Shown one piece after another: positions 9,039 to 18,355 of a stretch of 64,000 bases of DNA. The position numbers and the translations under genes are program-made. The notes beneath the pieces are model-generated. The model worked only from the letters and a program-made list of their open reading frames with translations, made no database searches and was not told the origin of the DNA. This DNA is from an uncultured Verrucomicrobiota bacterium (lineage in GTDB: Bacteria; Verrucomicrobiota; Verrucomicrobiia; Palsa-1439): the NCBI GenBank assembly GCA_964541945.1, contig CAZISE010000018.1:5260-69259 (forward strand), written 5' to 3'. How positions within the stretch are numbered: position 1 is the first letter of the stretch; every line of letters begins with the position of its first letter.

Positions 9039-9955
9039 GGTCGTTCCGTGATGGCGATGCCACTCTCGCCGGCAACGGCGTAGAGCAAGTAGGCGCGCTG
9101 GTCGTCGTCCACGAAGACATACGGGTCGCGCAGGGCGTGTTCGCGGTGTTTGGCGGCGCCGGAACGGGAGGCAGTGACGAGCAGGTCGGTGCCCTCCCAG
9201 TTCATTTCCGGGCGAAGAACGGACTGGATGTCCTCGGCTTTCCAGGTTGTCCAGTCGCTCGTGAGCCGAATACGGCCGCGGAGAATGTGTTCGGGCGCGT
9301 CGCCGATGTTGGACCAGTACACCCAGAGGGTGTCGCCGCGCCGCTCAAGCGCAACGTGGCGCGGATGGATATCTCTGGACATCGGAAGCGGATGGCCGCC
9401 CGCCTCGAACGGTGTCAGGCCATCCTTGGAGCGGAACAATGCCCCGCTTTTGGCGAGGCCATACCACATGCTGTTCCAGCGGAATGCGCGGAGGTAAAAT
9501 GGACAGAGCGGTTTGCTGTCGGCAACAAAATGCACACCGTCCTTGGAGAGCGCCACAAAGGTCATCTGTTCGCCGCTGTGCCGGGCCGGGCCATGGAAAT
9601 ACATGCGGATTTCCTTCTGTTCGTCGTCCACATGGACATCCGGCGAGGCGATATGCCCCTTGGCACCGGGCGCGTCCTGAAGGCGCAAGACGCCGCCTTC
9701 GTGAATTTTCCACGGGCCTTCGAGACGGTCGGCGTACGCGAGGCGGATGTAAGAGCCGCCGTGGTGAGCAAAATACAGGTAGTATCGGCCGCGCGGGTTT
9801 GGCAGCCACGACGGGGCGAGGATCAATGATGGGCCGTTGATGTTTGCGCCGTCCTTGCCGGGAAACATGTCGGGGCGGATGATGAGCCGGCGCTCGGCAA
9901 ACGTCGCCGTCGCCAGCGCCAGGCACCCCATTGCCAGGAGCACGACTCGCTTCAT
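9035..9955 (-). CDS. secreted beta-propeller glycoside-hydrolase-like protein (GH43/GH32/GH130 clan-like), putative
   Basis: Signal peptide MKRVVLLAMGCLALATATFA. Repeated propeller-blade-like segments (YYLYFAHHGG, IRMYFHG, TLWVYWSN, AYLLYAVAGE). DPYVFVDD motif. Stop overlaps the start of 7902-9038. Confidence 0.4.
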   Translation of the reverse strand: MKRVVLLAMGCLALATATFAERRLIIRPDMFPGKDGANINGPSLILAPSWLPNPRGRYYLYFAHHGGSYIRLAYADRLEGPWKIHEGGVLRLQDAPGAKGHIASPDVHVDDEQKEIRMYFHGPARHSGEQMTFVALSKDGVHFVADSKPLCPFYLRAFRWNSMWYGLAKSGALFRSKDGLTPFEAGGHPLPMSRDIHPRHVALERRGDTLWVYWSNIGDAPEHILRGRIRLTSDWTTWKAEDIQSVLRPEMNWEGTDLLVTASRSGAAKHREHALRDPYVFVDDDQRAYLLYAVAGESGIAITERP

Positions 9956-10034
9956 GCGCCCCCATCATGCGCGGAGCGCGAGAAACTTCAAGCCGCTTCT
10001 TGCGTTTGCGTGGCAACCGGCTATGATGCCGCGC

Positions 10035-10661
10035 ATGAGACGAACCGCCCGTGGTTTCACGTTGATTGAGTTGCTGGTGGTAATTACCATCATCGCTGTC
10101 CTGGCGGCATTGTTGTTTCCGGCATTTGGTGGTGCGCGAGAACAAGCCGCCCGTGCCACCTGCGTTTCACGTCTGCGCCAGTTGCACTCCGCCCTGGTCA
10201 TGTACGCCAAGGACAACAAGGACTACACGCCCGTCGGTTACTATGGCAACTGGAGCAACCTCTGTTGGCGCGGCGATCTTATCTCCTACCTCAACAACGA
10301 CTGGCGCGTCTATCTCTGTCCCAAAGCCCCCGCTAAGGCAAAGAATAACTATAGTCATGCCAACTACGGCATCAACGCCTACATCGGCGAGAACCCCCAA
10401 AGCGTCTGTCTTTCCGAAATCCTTCATCCGGGGCAAACGATCGCCTTTGGTGAAAACGGCGATGGCGACTGGGTCTGCGAACCGCGGAATGAAGCCCCCT
10501 TCTCCGTCCCGGCTCCCGGCCCGTGGCCGGATCCGGGCTGGATGTACCCTGTGCATGGCAATGGCTCAATGGTGGTCTTCCTGGACGGGCATGCCCAGTT
10601 TCTCACGATCACCGAGGCCCACGCCAAAAACTGTTATCTGTTTTTACGGATCAAACCCTGA
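10035..10661 (+). CDS. prepilin-type N-terminal cleavage/methylation domain protein (DUF1559-like, PVC-type)
   Basis: MRRTARGFTLIELLVVITIIAVLAALLFPAF, then a conserved C-terminal HxnDG-like tail (FLDGHAQF). In-frame ATGs at 10023 and 10035; the long upstream ORF extension was rejected. Confidence 0.8.
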   Translation: MRRTARGFTLIELLVVITIIAVLAALLFPAFGGAREQAARATCVSRLRQLHSALVMYAKDNKDYTPVGYYGNWSNLCWRGDLISYLNNDWRVYLCPKAPAKAKNNYSHANYGINAYIGENPQSVCLSEILHPGQTIAFGENGDGDWVCEPRNEAPFSVPAPGPWPDPGWMYPVHGNGSMVVFLDGHAQFLTITEAHAKNCYLFLRIKP

Positions 10662-10670
10662 CGGGACGGT

Positions 10671-11621
10671 TTACACGTCGCAGAGACTGACCGCACGCCG
10701 CAATCCCACCAGCGGCGGAATCGTCGGAACAAATTCCTGGCCGACATACCCTTGGTAACCGAGATTGAGCAGGGCGCGCATACAAGCCTCAAAGTTGATC
10801 TCCTGTTCAGGCAGGTCCAGTTCACAACGTCCGGGCACACCAGCCACATGAATGTGACCGAGCAGGTCCTTGTACTGACGCAGGCGGGTGATGACATCAC
10901 CATCCATGATCTGGACATGATAAATGTCGAACAACAGCTTTGCGCGGGGCGAACCGACGCCGCGCATGATTTCGGCGCAATAATCTGCGTGATCGCCCTG
11001 ATAGCCAGGATGCCCCTTCATCGGATGATCGGAAACGCGACTGTTGAGGATTTCGAGGCAGACGTTTATCTTCTTCTGCTCGGCATAGCTCATCACGGTT
11101 TTCAATCCCTCGATACAGTTGGCGGCGCCCTCCTCGCGCGAGATTTTTGTGCTCTTCGGATTGGTCGGGTCCTTCGTTTCGTAACCGGTAAAGGTGATGA
11201 CGTTCGGGTAACCGTACTTGGCAGCAATGTCAATGGCGTCGCGGGTGCGTTTCTGCATCAGCGGCCAAAAATCGCGATTGTTCCAGCCGCGAAGGAAGGG
11301 TGGTTCGTCGCCGGTGTCCAGTTGAACGATGGCACAGATCAGGCCGTGTTTCTGGAGCACAGGAAAATCCTTCCATGCCACCAGTTCGACGCTGTTGCAA
11401 CCAAGTTGGCGTGCCACGGTGCAGGTCCGTTCGATGGACCATTTCTCCGGCGAGGTTTCCAAGCACCAGTGAACCAGCGATTGCTTGATGCGTCCATTTT
11501 TCACAACCGGTTCGCTGCCCGCGGCAAGACTTTCCAGCGAATGCATTCCAACCGCCCCCCCCGCGGCGGCAACCGCGGCGGTGGCAGCAGTGCGTTTCAA
11601 CATCGAACGACGACTCATCAT
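10671..11621 (-). CDS. sugar phosphate isomerase/epimerase (xylose-isomerase-like TIM barrel), Tat-exported
   Basis: GGAGGA precedes ATGATG at 11621 (MMSRRSMLKRTAATAAVAAAGG, Tat). TIM-barrel family hallmarks: HIHVAGVPGRCELD, and EILN / GYQGYVGQEF. Confidence 0.8.
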   Translation of the reverse strand: MMSRRSMLKRTAATAAVAAAGGAVGMHSLESLAAGSEPVVKNGRIKQSLVHWCLETSPEKWSIERTCTVARQLGCNSVELVAWKDFPVLQKHGLICAIVQLDTGDEPPFLRGWNNRDFWPLMQKRTRDAIDIAAKYGYPNVITFTGYETKDPTNPKSTKISREEGAANCIEGLKTVMSYAEQKKINVCLEILNSRVSDHPMKGHPGYQGDHADYCAEIMRGVGSPRAKLLFDIYHVQIMDGDVITRLRQYKDLLGHIHVAGVPGRCELDLPEQEINFEACMRALLNLGYQGYVGQEFVPTIPPLVGLRRAVSLCDV

Positions 11622-11679
11622 GGTATCCTCCTGGGATGGGTTTTGCGTTGGCATCTCAATGGGCTGCATTATCCAATAA

Positions 11680-13665
11680 TCATGGCATAACGTCAAACGG
11701 CGAAACCTCCTCCGGCTCTTCTATCCGCGGCACGGAGAGCGTACTGATTGCTTTCAACTTTGCCGCCAGCCGAAAATGTTGCTCGGCCTGCCCGGTTTCG
11801 CCCCATCGCTGGTAATGCCCGGCGGTCGCCTCGTGGTACAGGCCGTTGCGTGGATCGCCCTGGAGCGCCAGCTTGTATTGTTCCTCGGCCTTTTCACGGC
11901 TTCCCAAGACATCGTAAAGTTGTCCCATCTTGATCCGCAGTTCGTAGGCGTAAGGGTTGAGGATGATTGCTTGCTGGTAGCGGCTCAACGCCTGCTCCCG
12001 CAGTGCCAGCGCTTCATCGCTATCCATCGCCGCACGGGCAACGTACAGGTCACCCAATCCCACCAGGGCCTGATAATTGCGGGGATCCGAACGAATGGCC
12101 CTGCGGTAAAATGCTTCCGCCTCGCTCCATTCCCGATGCAACGCATACTGCTGTGCGCGCGACAGAAAAACCTCCCCCGGACATGTGGTGATCACCAGCC
12201 ATAGAAACAACAACAACAACAAAATCGAGCCTGCCGTCAGCAGCACCCGATGTACCCCCGTCAACCGAAACAACGTGAGCTTGCCAGGTGTGTGGGATTT
12301 TTCCGGGTTATCGTTGCGGTTATGGAGCGCGCTGGTCAGGGTGATCGCCATGATCGTCAACAGCACAAGCTGGTTTCCACACGCGCCGAACCCCTTCATC
12401 AGCAAACCATCCACCACCACCGCCACGAACGCCGCCAGTCCGGCCACCACATAGGCGTAACGATTCGAGGCTGTAGAGGCAGAATAACGGCGAGCACGGG
12501 CATTGAGAATCTGAACAGCCGCCACCACAAACGCCACGGCCACCCACACGGTCAAAACCACACCGATAAAACCGGATTCCACAAAAATGCCGAGCCAATC
12601 GTTTCCCGCATCCGTCGGCGTCCCTTGCTGACCACGATAAAATGGGTACCGCCATTCAAACATCCCCAAACCGACCCCCATCAACGGATTCCGCAACGCC
12701 ATGGTCAGCGCGCTCCGCCACAACGGCACGGACGGGGATGCTGGCGCGATCGGAGAGACTGTTCCCGTTGTCTCCAACGTCTCCACATGCGCCCGCACCG
12801 GCGACGGAGCCATGACCTCCAATTTGTACGCTGCCAACCAGGCCGCGCCGACCACCAGCAGAAGCACGCTGGCCCCCAACAAGGCCCATCGGAATTTCCA
12901 CCCTCGTTTTCGTAGCAAATAAATTCCAAGTACTGTAATAGATAACACCCAGCCGACCCAGTACTGCGCCTGCCCTGTCGCCACCAGCGCCAGCCCTATG
13001 ATCCCCGCCACAAACGCACAAACCATCTTCAGTGAGAGCGGATAACGCGAAAAAAGAAAAAGAGAGACAACCACGGAAAACATCATGTGCAAAAACACCG
13101 CAAACTCAGCAGAGCTGGCAAAGGGCCCTCGAATCGCTTTTTTGCCCATCAATCCCGTCACGGAGATGGCGTTCCCCCATCCGTTCATCAGCCATTGGCG
13201 CAATCCTTCCAACGCCGCCAATGCCCCCAAGGCCACTAGAATCCAAACCAACCAGTGAAACTGCCAGCGATGATAGATGACGTTGGTGCTGACAAAAAAC
13301 AAAATCGCCATCCCCAGAAATTTCATCATAACCCCACGCGCCGACAGTTCGACCTCCGTCAAGCCGTACCGCACCACCATGTAAGAAGCCAACAACAACA
13401 CCGGAGCGCTGAGCAACGTGGAAACCAAATGCACTTCCCGCCCGGAAAACTGACTCAACACCCACATCGCCGCAATAACACCCGCCAAGCACATGGCTAC
13501 ATTCCAGCCCCACACTGACATCGAGACGGGCACCAATGGAACCGTTGCCAACAGCGCCGCCGTCAGAAAAAACGAAATCTGCTGGCAACGTATCGCAAAC
13601 GGAACCAACAACGGCCTTTCGATGTCGGCGGGACGATAATCTCTTTTCTTATGAGAGTGTCTCAT
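11680..13665 (-). CDS. O-antigen ligase (Wzy_C) family polytopic membrane protein with C-terminal TPR repeats
   Basis: About 12 predicted TM helices in the first ~430 aa. C-terminal ~200 aa carry TPR-like repeats (AEAFYRRAIRSDPRNYQALVGLGDLY...; AEEQYKLALQGDPRNGLYHEATAGHY). Confidence 0.7.
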   Translation of the reverse strand: MRHSHKKRDYRPADIERPLLVPFAIRCQQISFFLTAALLATVPLVPVSMSVWGWNVAMCLAGVIAAMWVLSQFSGREVHLVSTLLSAPVLLLASYMVVRYGLTEVELSARGVMMKFLGMAILFFVSTNVIYHRWQFHWLVWILVALGALAALEGLRQWLMNGWGNAISVTGLMGKKAIRGPFASSAEFAVFLHMMFSVVVSLFLFSRYPLSLKMVCAFVAGIIGLALVATGQAQYWVGWVLSITVLGIYLLRKRGWKFRWALLGASVLLLVVGAAWLAAYKLEVMAPSPVRAHVETLETTGTVSPIAPASPSVPLWRSALTMALRNPLMGVGLGMFEWRYPFYRGQQGTPTDAGNDWLGIFVESGFIGVVLTVWVAVAFVVAAVQILNARARRYSASTASNRYAYVVAGLAAFVAVVVDGLLMKGFGACGNQLVLLTIMAITLTSALHNRNDNPEKSHTPGKLTLFRLTGVHRVLLTAGSILLLLLFLWLVITTCPGEVFLSRAQQYALHREWSEAEAFYRRAIRSDPRNYQALVGLGDLYVARAAMDSDEALALREQALSRYQQAIILNPYAYELRIKMGQLYDVLGSREKAEEQYKLALQGDPRNGLYHEATAGHYQRWGETGQAEQHFRLAAKLKAISTLSVPRIEEPEEVSPFDVMP

Positions 13666-13712
13666 TCATGCAAAACCGCCCGACCATCGTCCCCCGTTCA
13701 GAATCACTCCGA

Positions 13713-14348
13713 CTAAAAGATACTGCGAGGAACATAAATGGAATCGCCCGGCTGAATCGCCACATCTTTCTCCGGATTGCGTCGGATCTCTTCGCAATCG
13801 TACACCAGCTTGGTCCGACCGCGGGCAATCTCCACCTTGGTGCGATTGGCAAAATCGGTAAATCCACTGGCCGTATTGATGGCCTTCAGTAACGTCATGT
13901 CCTTGCTCCATTGAAAACGGCTCGGATTCTTGACTTCGCCGCCCACATAGAAAAAGCGCACCGGCGCCAGCACCGTTGCCGTACACCGCACATAATACCG
14001 CGGCACATACGCTTTTTGAATGCTGTCGGCCAACTCGCTCGTCGTCAAGCCTCCCGCCTTCAATCGGCCAATCAACGGCAGGGCAATCTGCCCCTCGTCA
14101 TCCACTGCCAGCTCGTAGGTCTGCGCCGGGATGCTGGGATTGGTTTCGATGCGGATTTGCAACGGATCACCGGCGCGCAGACGCGATTCCGACTCGCGCG
14201 TCGCTTCCGCAGGAGGTGGAACCGCAACGGGTGGCGTCGTCTTGACACCACTACCGCCGCCACAACCGCTCAGAAAAACCAGTCCCCACCACCCGGCAAC
14301 CATCATAATGGCGCTCTCACGAAGGAAACCTTGCAGGGTTGTTTTCAT
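13713..14348 (-). CDS. polysaccharide biosynthesis/export protein (Wza-like Poly_export + SLBB), lipoprotein
   Basis: Lipobox LSGC. PLQIRIETNPSI...YELAVDDEGQIALPLIGRLKAGGLTTSELADSI is the Poly_export motif. C-terminal GDSIYVP is the SLBB motif. Confidence 0.75.
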   Translation of the reverse strand: MKTTLQGFLRESAIMMVAGWWGLVFLSGCGGGSGVKTTPPVAVPPPAEATRESESRLRAGDPLQIRIETNPSIPAQTYELAVDDEGQIALPLIGRLKAGGLTTSELADSIQKAYVPRYYVRCTATVLAPVRFFYVGGEVKNPSRFQWSKDMTLLKAINTASGFTDFANRTKVEIARGRTKLVYDCEEIRRNPEKDVAIQPGDSIYVPRSIF

Positions 14349-14376
14349 ATCACCAGATCAACCGGTCCTGATCGTT

Positions 14377-16497
14377 TTAGTATTTGCCTTCCAATTTCAT
14401 TTCCTCTGCCTTTTCGTCCTTGTCGGACTTCGGCGTTTCATGATCGCGTAAATAGTGTTCGTAGTGCTCGTGGTAATAATAGTAGTTATCTTCCTGGCCC
14501 ACGTGGACGTTGTTAGCCACCACGCCCAGGAGTTTGCCGCCGGCGTGTTCGATCATCTTGCGGGCGCGTTGTGACATCGCGCGCGGATAACGGCGATGCT
14601 GGACCACCAGAATGGCGTTACCGACTTCGCGCGCCACCACCGCCGCGTCACTGATACCCAACACCGGCGGTGTGTCGTAGAGTACCACGTCGAACCGATG
14701 AGCCAATTCTTGAATCAGTTGGTTCATCCGCTGCGATGTCAACAAGGGCAAAGCCGCCCGTGCCGATTGCGGGTCGCCAGCAGGGATCATCCAGACATTG
14801 TTCCAATCGCTCTTGTGGATGACCTCATCCAAGGATTTGACTCCGGCAAGGTAATCGGAAAGTCCGCACTCACGCGAAATTCCATAGTACTTGTGCGCGG
14901 TGGGACGCCGCAGGTCGGTGTCCACTACCAGCACGCGCGAGCCTTGCTGCGCGTACACAAATGCCAGATTGGCCAGTGTAAAGGACTTCCCTTCACCGGC
15001 GGCGCTACTGAGGACGGCAATGGATTTCGGCCCTGCGCCGGGATAGCTGAAATCGAGGTTTGTGCGAAGCATCCGGTAGGCCTCCAGATGAAGCGGAGAG
15101 GCATTGGGGCTGCTAAGCAATGTGGCCTGTTGTGGGATAACGCCGAGCACGGGCAAGCCAAGGTACCGTTCCACGTCTTCCATGATTTTGAGGCTGGTGT
15201 CGAGGAACTCGATGAAGAACGCCAGCCCAATCCCCAACAGCAGCCCCACCAGTCCGCCAATGCTCAGATTGAATGTCCAGTCCGGCTTGACTGGAACGAT
15301 GGACGGCTCGGCGCGATCAATCAATTCCACCGGGCTGCGCGGCACCTGTAACTCAATTGAAACCTGTTGCAAACGCTGTTTGAGCACTTCGTATAATTTT
15401 GTCTCCGATTCCTCGTCCCGCTGGGCGTTGCGGAAGGGCAAAAATGCCTCGCTTTCCATCAAAAGGCTGGCTTTTTTCAGTTCGTCCAGTTGCTTCTGCA
15501 GTTCGGTAACCCGTTCTTTGGCCATGGCATAGTCCACTTCGTAGCCGCGCATGATGCCATCCAGGCGGGACTCGATCTGCTGGTTCAAGGTATCGCGTTG
15601 CACGATCGCCGCCTTCACCTGCGGGTGGTCAGGGCCGTAATCCTGTTTCAACACCTGCAACCGCACTTCCGCGTCGCTGAACTGTTGCAACAATTGTTGA
15701 ACCGTCGGATCGCCCACGGTCGTCGCAATCGCATTCCGTAACTGGGCGGGATTGAGTTTCTTCAATTCCTTCAGGCGGGTCTCTCGCCCGACAAACTCGA
15801 CTCGCGCCATCGTCAATTGTTGTTCCAATTGCTGGATGGTCAGGTCATTGAGTTTGACCGCGCCAAATACCGGCACATTCAGCTCTTTGCGCAATTTTTC
15901 CACCTTGTCCTGGGCCTCGCGCACTTTTTTGTACTGACGATCCATTTCTTCCTGGACCTTGGCCAACCCCTTCATGGTCTGTTGCCGTCGGACTTCCAAA
16001 CGGTCTTTTTCGAAGGTATCTGCAATGCTGTTGGCAAGGTCCGCCGCCAATTGCGGATCCTTGTCAAAGACACGGATTTCAATCAAACTCGTATCGCGAT
16101 AACGTTGGACCGACAGATTCCGCTTCAACATCCGAAACACCACTTCCATCGGAAGCGGGTCTGCTCCATACGCCCATCGTTTTCGAAGCTCAAATCGCTC
16201 AATGACCGGTTCCAGAATCTTCTTTGACTGGATAATCTCATACTGGGTCTGCAAAAAATACGGGTCATACCCCGTGTACCCCTGCTGCTGGAACAGTTCC
16301 ACCGTCAGCCGCTCCTGTTCGACCTTGATACGAGCGGCGGACATGTAAATTTTCGGCTGGAAAAAGGTGACCGTGGCCGCCACCAACGTCACAATTAAAA
16401 ACACCACGAAGACAATGGCTTTACGGGACTTGATTACACGCCAGTAATCAAGGAAATGCAGCCGCGCCTCCGGCATTGAACTTTTGTCAGGCTCCAT
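14377..16497 (-). CDS. polysaccharide co-polymerase / tyrosine autokinase (Wzc/GumC-like)
   Basis: N-terminal TM + Wzz domain + long coiled coil + second TM. C-terminal P-loop GEGKSFTLANLAFVYAQ (Walker A), DTDLRRP, VLYDTPP. Tyrosine cluster near the C-terminus (NYYYYHEHYEHY). Confidence 0.85.
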   Translation of the reverse strand: MEPDKSSMPEARLHFLDYWRVIKSRKAIVFVVFLIVTLVAATVTFFQPKIYMSAARIKVEQERLTVELFQQQGYTGYDPYFLQTQYEIIQSKKILEPVIERFELRKRWAYGADPLPMEVVFRMLKRNLSVQRYRDTSLIEIRVFDKDPQLAADLANSIADTFEKDRLEVRRQQTMKGLAKVQEEMDRQYKKVREAQDKVEKLRKELNVPVFGAVKLNDLTIQQLEQQLTMARVEFVGRETRLKELKKLNPAQLRNAIATTVGDPTVQQLLQQFSDAEVRLQVLKQDYGPDHPQVKAAIVQRDTLNQQIESRLDGIMRGYEVDYAMAKERVTELQKQLDELKKASLLMESEAFLPFRNAQRDEESETKLYEVLKQRLQQVSIELQVPRSPVELIDRAEPSIVPVKPDWTFNLSIGGLVGLLLGIGLAFFIEFLDTSLKIMEDVERYLGLPVLGVIPQQATLLSSPNASPLHLEAYRMLRTNLDFSYPGAGPKSIAVLSSAAGEGKSFTLANLAFVYAQQGSRVLVVDTDLRRPTAHKYYGISRECGLSDYLAGVKSLDEVIHKSDWNNVWMIPAGDPQSARAALPLLTSQRMNQLIQELAHRFDVVLYDTPPVLGISDAAVVAREVGNAILVVQHRRYPRAMSQRARKMIEHAGGKLLGVVANNVHVGQEDNYYYYHEHYEHYLRDHETPKSDKDEKAEEMKLEGKY

Positions 16498-16663
16498 ATT
16501 TCCTTCTTCTCAAAAAAGAGGTTGTACTAAACACCATCCCTTTGTCCTTTCGCAAGCCAAAAAACACCCTCCTTGCCTATTTGCCTTCTGGGTAAATAGG
16601 CACACAAGTTTCACCCTTCCAAGCTGGAAAAAACTTGGCCGTCCCGCCGTCAAAATAAACCGG

Positions 16664-16948
16664 CTATTCCTTCGGGATGAGCTTTTGGCTGGCGCGAATG
16701 ACTTCGTTCAACGTATCTCGGAATTGTTCAATGCCGCTTAGCGGCACAATAATGGCGTCGCGGCGTCCACCGACTTCTTCCGTGATGCGCAAGAACTGTC
16801 CACGTGGATTCTCTTTCAGTTCAAAAGTGAACTGTTTGCGTTCCACCCGCAGGCTCTGGCTCGGCACAGGTAAATCCGTGCTTCCCATTGTCCCATACGG
16901 CGTATCTGGTTGCATCATTCCTCTCATTCTCTCCTCTTTCCCACCCAA
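16664..16948 (-). CDS. small PUR-alpha-like (DUF3276-type) nucleic-acid-binding protein, putative
   Basis: 94-aa ORF. Core KQFTFELKENPRGQFLRITEEVGGRRDAIIVP matches the PUR repeat pattern of bacterial DUF3276 proteins. Real start may be internal (MRGMMQ). Confidence 0.4.
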   Translation of the reverse strand: MGGKEERMRGMMQPDTPYGTMGSTDLPVPSQSLRVERKQFTFELKENPRGQFLRITEEVGGRRDAIIVPLSGIEQFRDTLNEVIRASQKLIPKE

Positions 16949-17304
16949 TGATCTATCTCTAAAGGGTAGTAATTACCGTACACGCACTACTAACACACAT
17001 ATTGCGGAGCGTCAACGCTTTCCCTAAAGCCTATTGGCGACGATAATTTTCCGCCACGATGAATCTGATATTGTTTCGATTTATAAGCCGTTGAGCGCCA
17101 TTTCTCTTTGATCCGTTCCTTGCTGCAAGGCATCCTCATCTATCGCCACTACACCCATTCACGATCGCCTTGCCTGACAGCCAATGTATATGCCCATTTG
17201 CCAGGTGTTCCAAGCTTTGTCATTTGTTGTTTCAGTGCAATCTAGCAGGGAATGAAGTTTGTCTTGATTTGCCGTCAAAACCGGCGAGAATATCGCCGTT
17301 GCAA

Positions 17305-17378
17305 GCGGGTGTAGCATAGTGGTAATGCACCGGCTTCCCAAGCCGGCAAGGAGGGTTCGATTCCCTTCACCCGCTCCA
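17305..17378 (+). tRNA. tRNA-Gly (anticodon CCC)
   Basis: GCGGGTG acceptor stem pairs with CACCCGC. D-arm GCAT/ATGC. Anticodon stem CCGGC/GCCGG with loop TTCCCAA (anticodon CCC). T-arm GAGGG-TTCGATT-CCCTT. Discriminator U plus encoded CCA. 74 nt. Confidence 0.9.
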
Positions 17379-17390
17379 GTTTTTAGCGGG

Positions 17391-17819
17391 TCAGTTGCGC
17401 ACGCCGACGGCCAGCACAATCCAATCGTTGCCGACTTCAGGACCTTTGACGAAGAGATGACCATTTTCGACAATCTTCACAACGCTGCGCACAAGCAGGG
17501 TTTTTCCCGAATACCATTCCAGTTCGAGTTCCTGCTGATGACGGTCGGCCGATTTCGGGAGGATAAACAGTACAAATTCCTGTCCGAGATCAAGACGCAG
17601 TTTGTCACCGGCCTTCAGCGGACGTTGTTGGGCGCCGAGTTGCTGGTAGAATTGGTAACCAAACGTTTCCTTGAGCTTGCTCTCGATGTCGCTCAACCGT
17701 TTGTCGGCTTTCCTGCTGTCGTTGGAAGCCAGCACTAACCGCGCCTGGACGACAGCGGCATCAGCGGAGATCGCCAACAATACCGATACAACAACCCCCA
17801 GAAGCCAGCGCATGATCAA
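17391..17819 (-). CDS. hypothetical secreted protein
   Basis: Signal peptide MIMRWLLGVVVSVLLAISADA. No recognisable motif. Last gene of the rtcB-sigma-anti-sigma array. Confidence 0.35.
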   Translation of the reverse strand: MIMRWLLGVVVSVLLAISADAAVVQARLVLASNDSRKADKRLSDIESKLKETFGYQFYQQLGAQQRPLKAGDKLRLDLGQEFVLFILPKSADRHQQELELEWYSGKTLLVRSVVKIVENGHLFVKGPEVGNDWIVLAVGVRN

Positions 17820-18355
17820 GTCTCAATGTTGTCGAAGCGTTCCTTCATCTGATCAAGGTCGGGGGTCCACTCCAGACCCGACACCCAGATGACGGCAACA
17901 TCAGATTCGGCCCCTTTCAAAGGGGTCGCAACCGTATTCGGAATGACAGTGTCCACGCGTTCCACCATGACCGTACCCGGCCCGGCAGGACGAGATTGTT
18001 CGCGCATAAGGCAAAGCCCCAGAATCAACACCACCCCCGATGTGACCGCCGCCAAGGCGGCGCGATGCACCACCAGCCAGTCACGCCACGACAAACGCGG
18101 CATGGGTATCGAAATCGCTTGCGACTCGCGCACCTCAATCTCACGCCGCACTTTCGACCAGAAAAACTCGGCCGAATCACTCATTTCCACCACAGGCGGA
18201 CAGGCCGCAAGCGCCTCACGCACTCGTGTGATCCGTTGAAACTCAGCCGCACACGACGGACAATGCCGCAAATGCCGCTGGGTCAGCCAGCGGGACAACC
18301 CTTTCAGCTCGCCGTCGGCCAGCGCGCTGATCCGTTCTGTGTTGTGACTTTTCAT
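17816..18355 (-). CDS. anti-sigma factor with zinc-finger (HxxxCxxC, zf-HC2-like) and one TM helix
   Basis: Start MKSHNTERISALADGEL (ATG 18355..18353, overlapping the sigma stop as ATGA). HLRHCPSCAAEF zinc motif. TM helix AALAAVTSGVVLILGLCLM. Confidence 0.6.
   Translation of the reverse strand: MKSHNTERISALADGELKGLSRWLTQRHLRHCPSCAAEFQRITRVREALAACPPVVEMSDSAEFFWSKVRREIEVRESQAISIPMPRLSWRDWLVVHRAALAAVTSGVVLILGLCLMREQSRPAGPGTVMVERVDTVIPNTVATPLKGAESDVAVIWVSGLEWTPDLDQMKERFDNIET

Noticed and set aside
16560-16663. Possible rho-independent terminator downstream of the PUR-like gene (CCAAG...CTTGG and GCCTATTT...AAATAGGC inverted repeats)
   Set aside because: The stems are short or have long loops and are not followed by a T-run on the coding strand, so the evidence is too weak to call a terminator.
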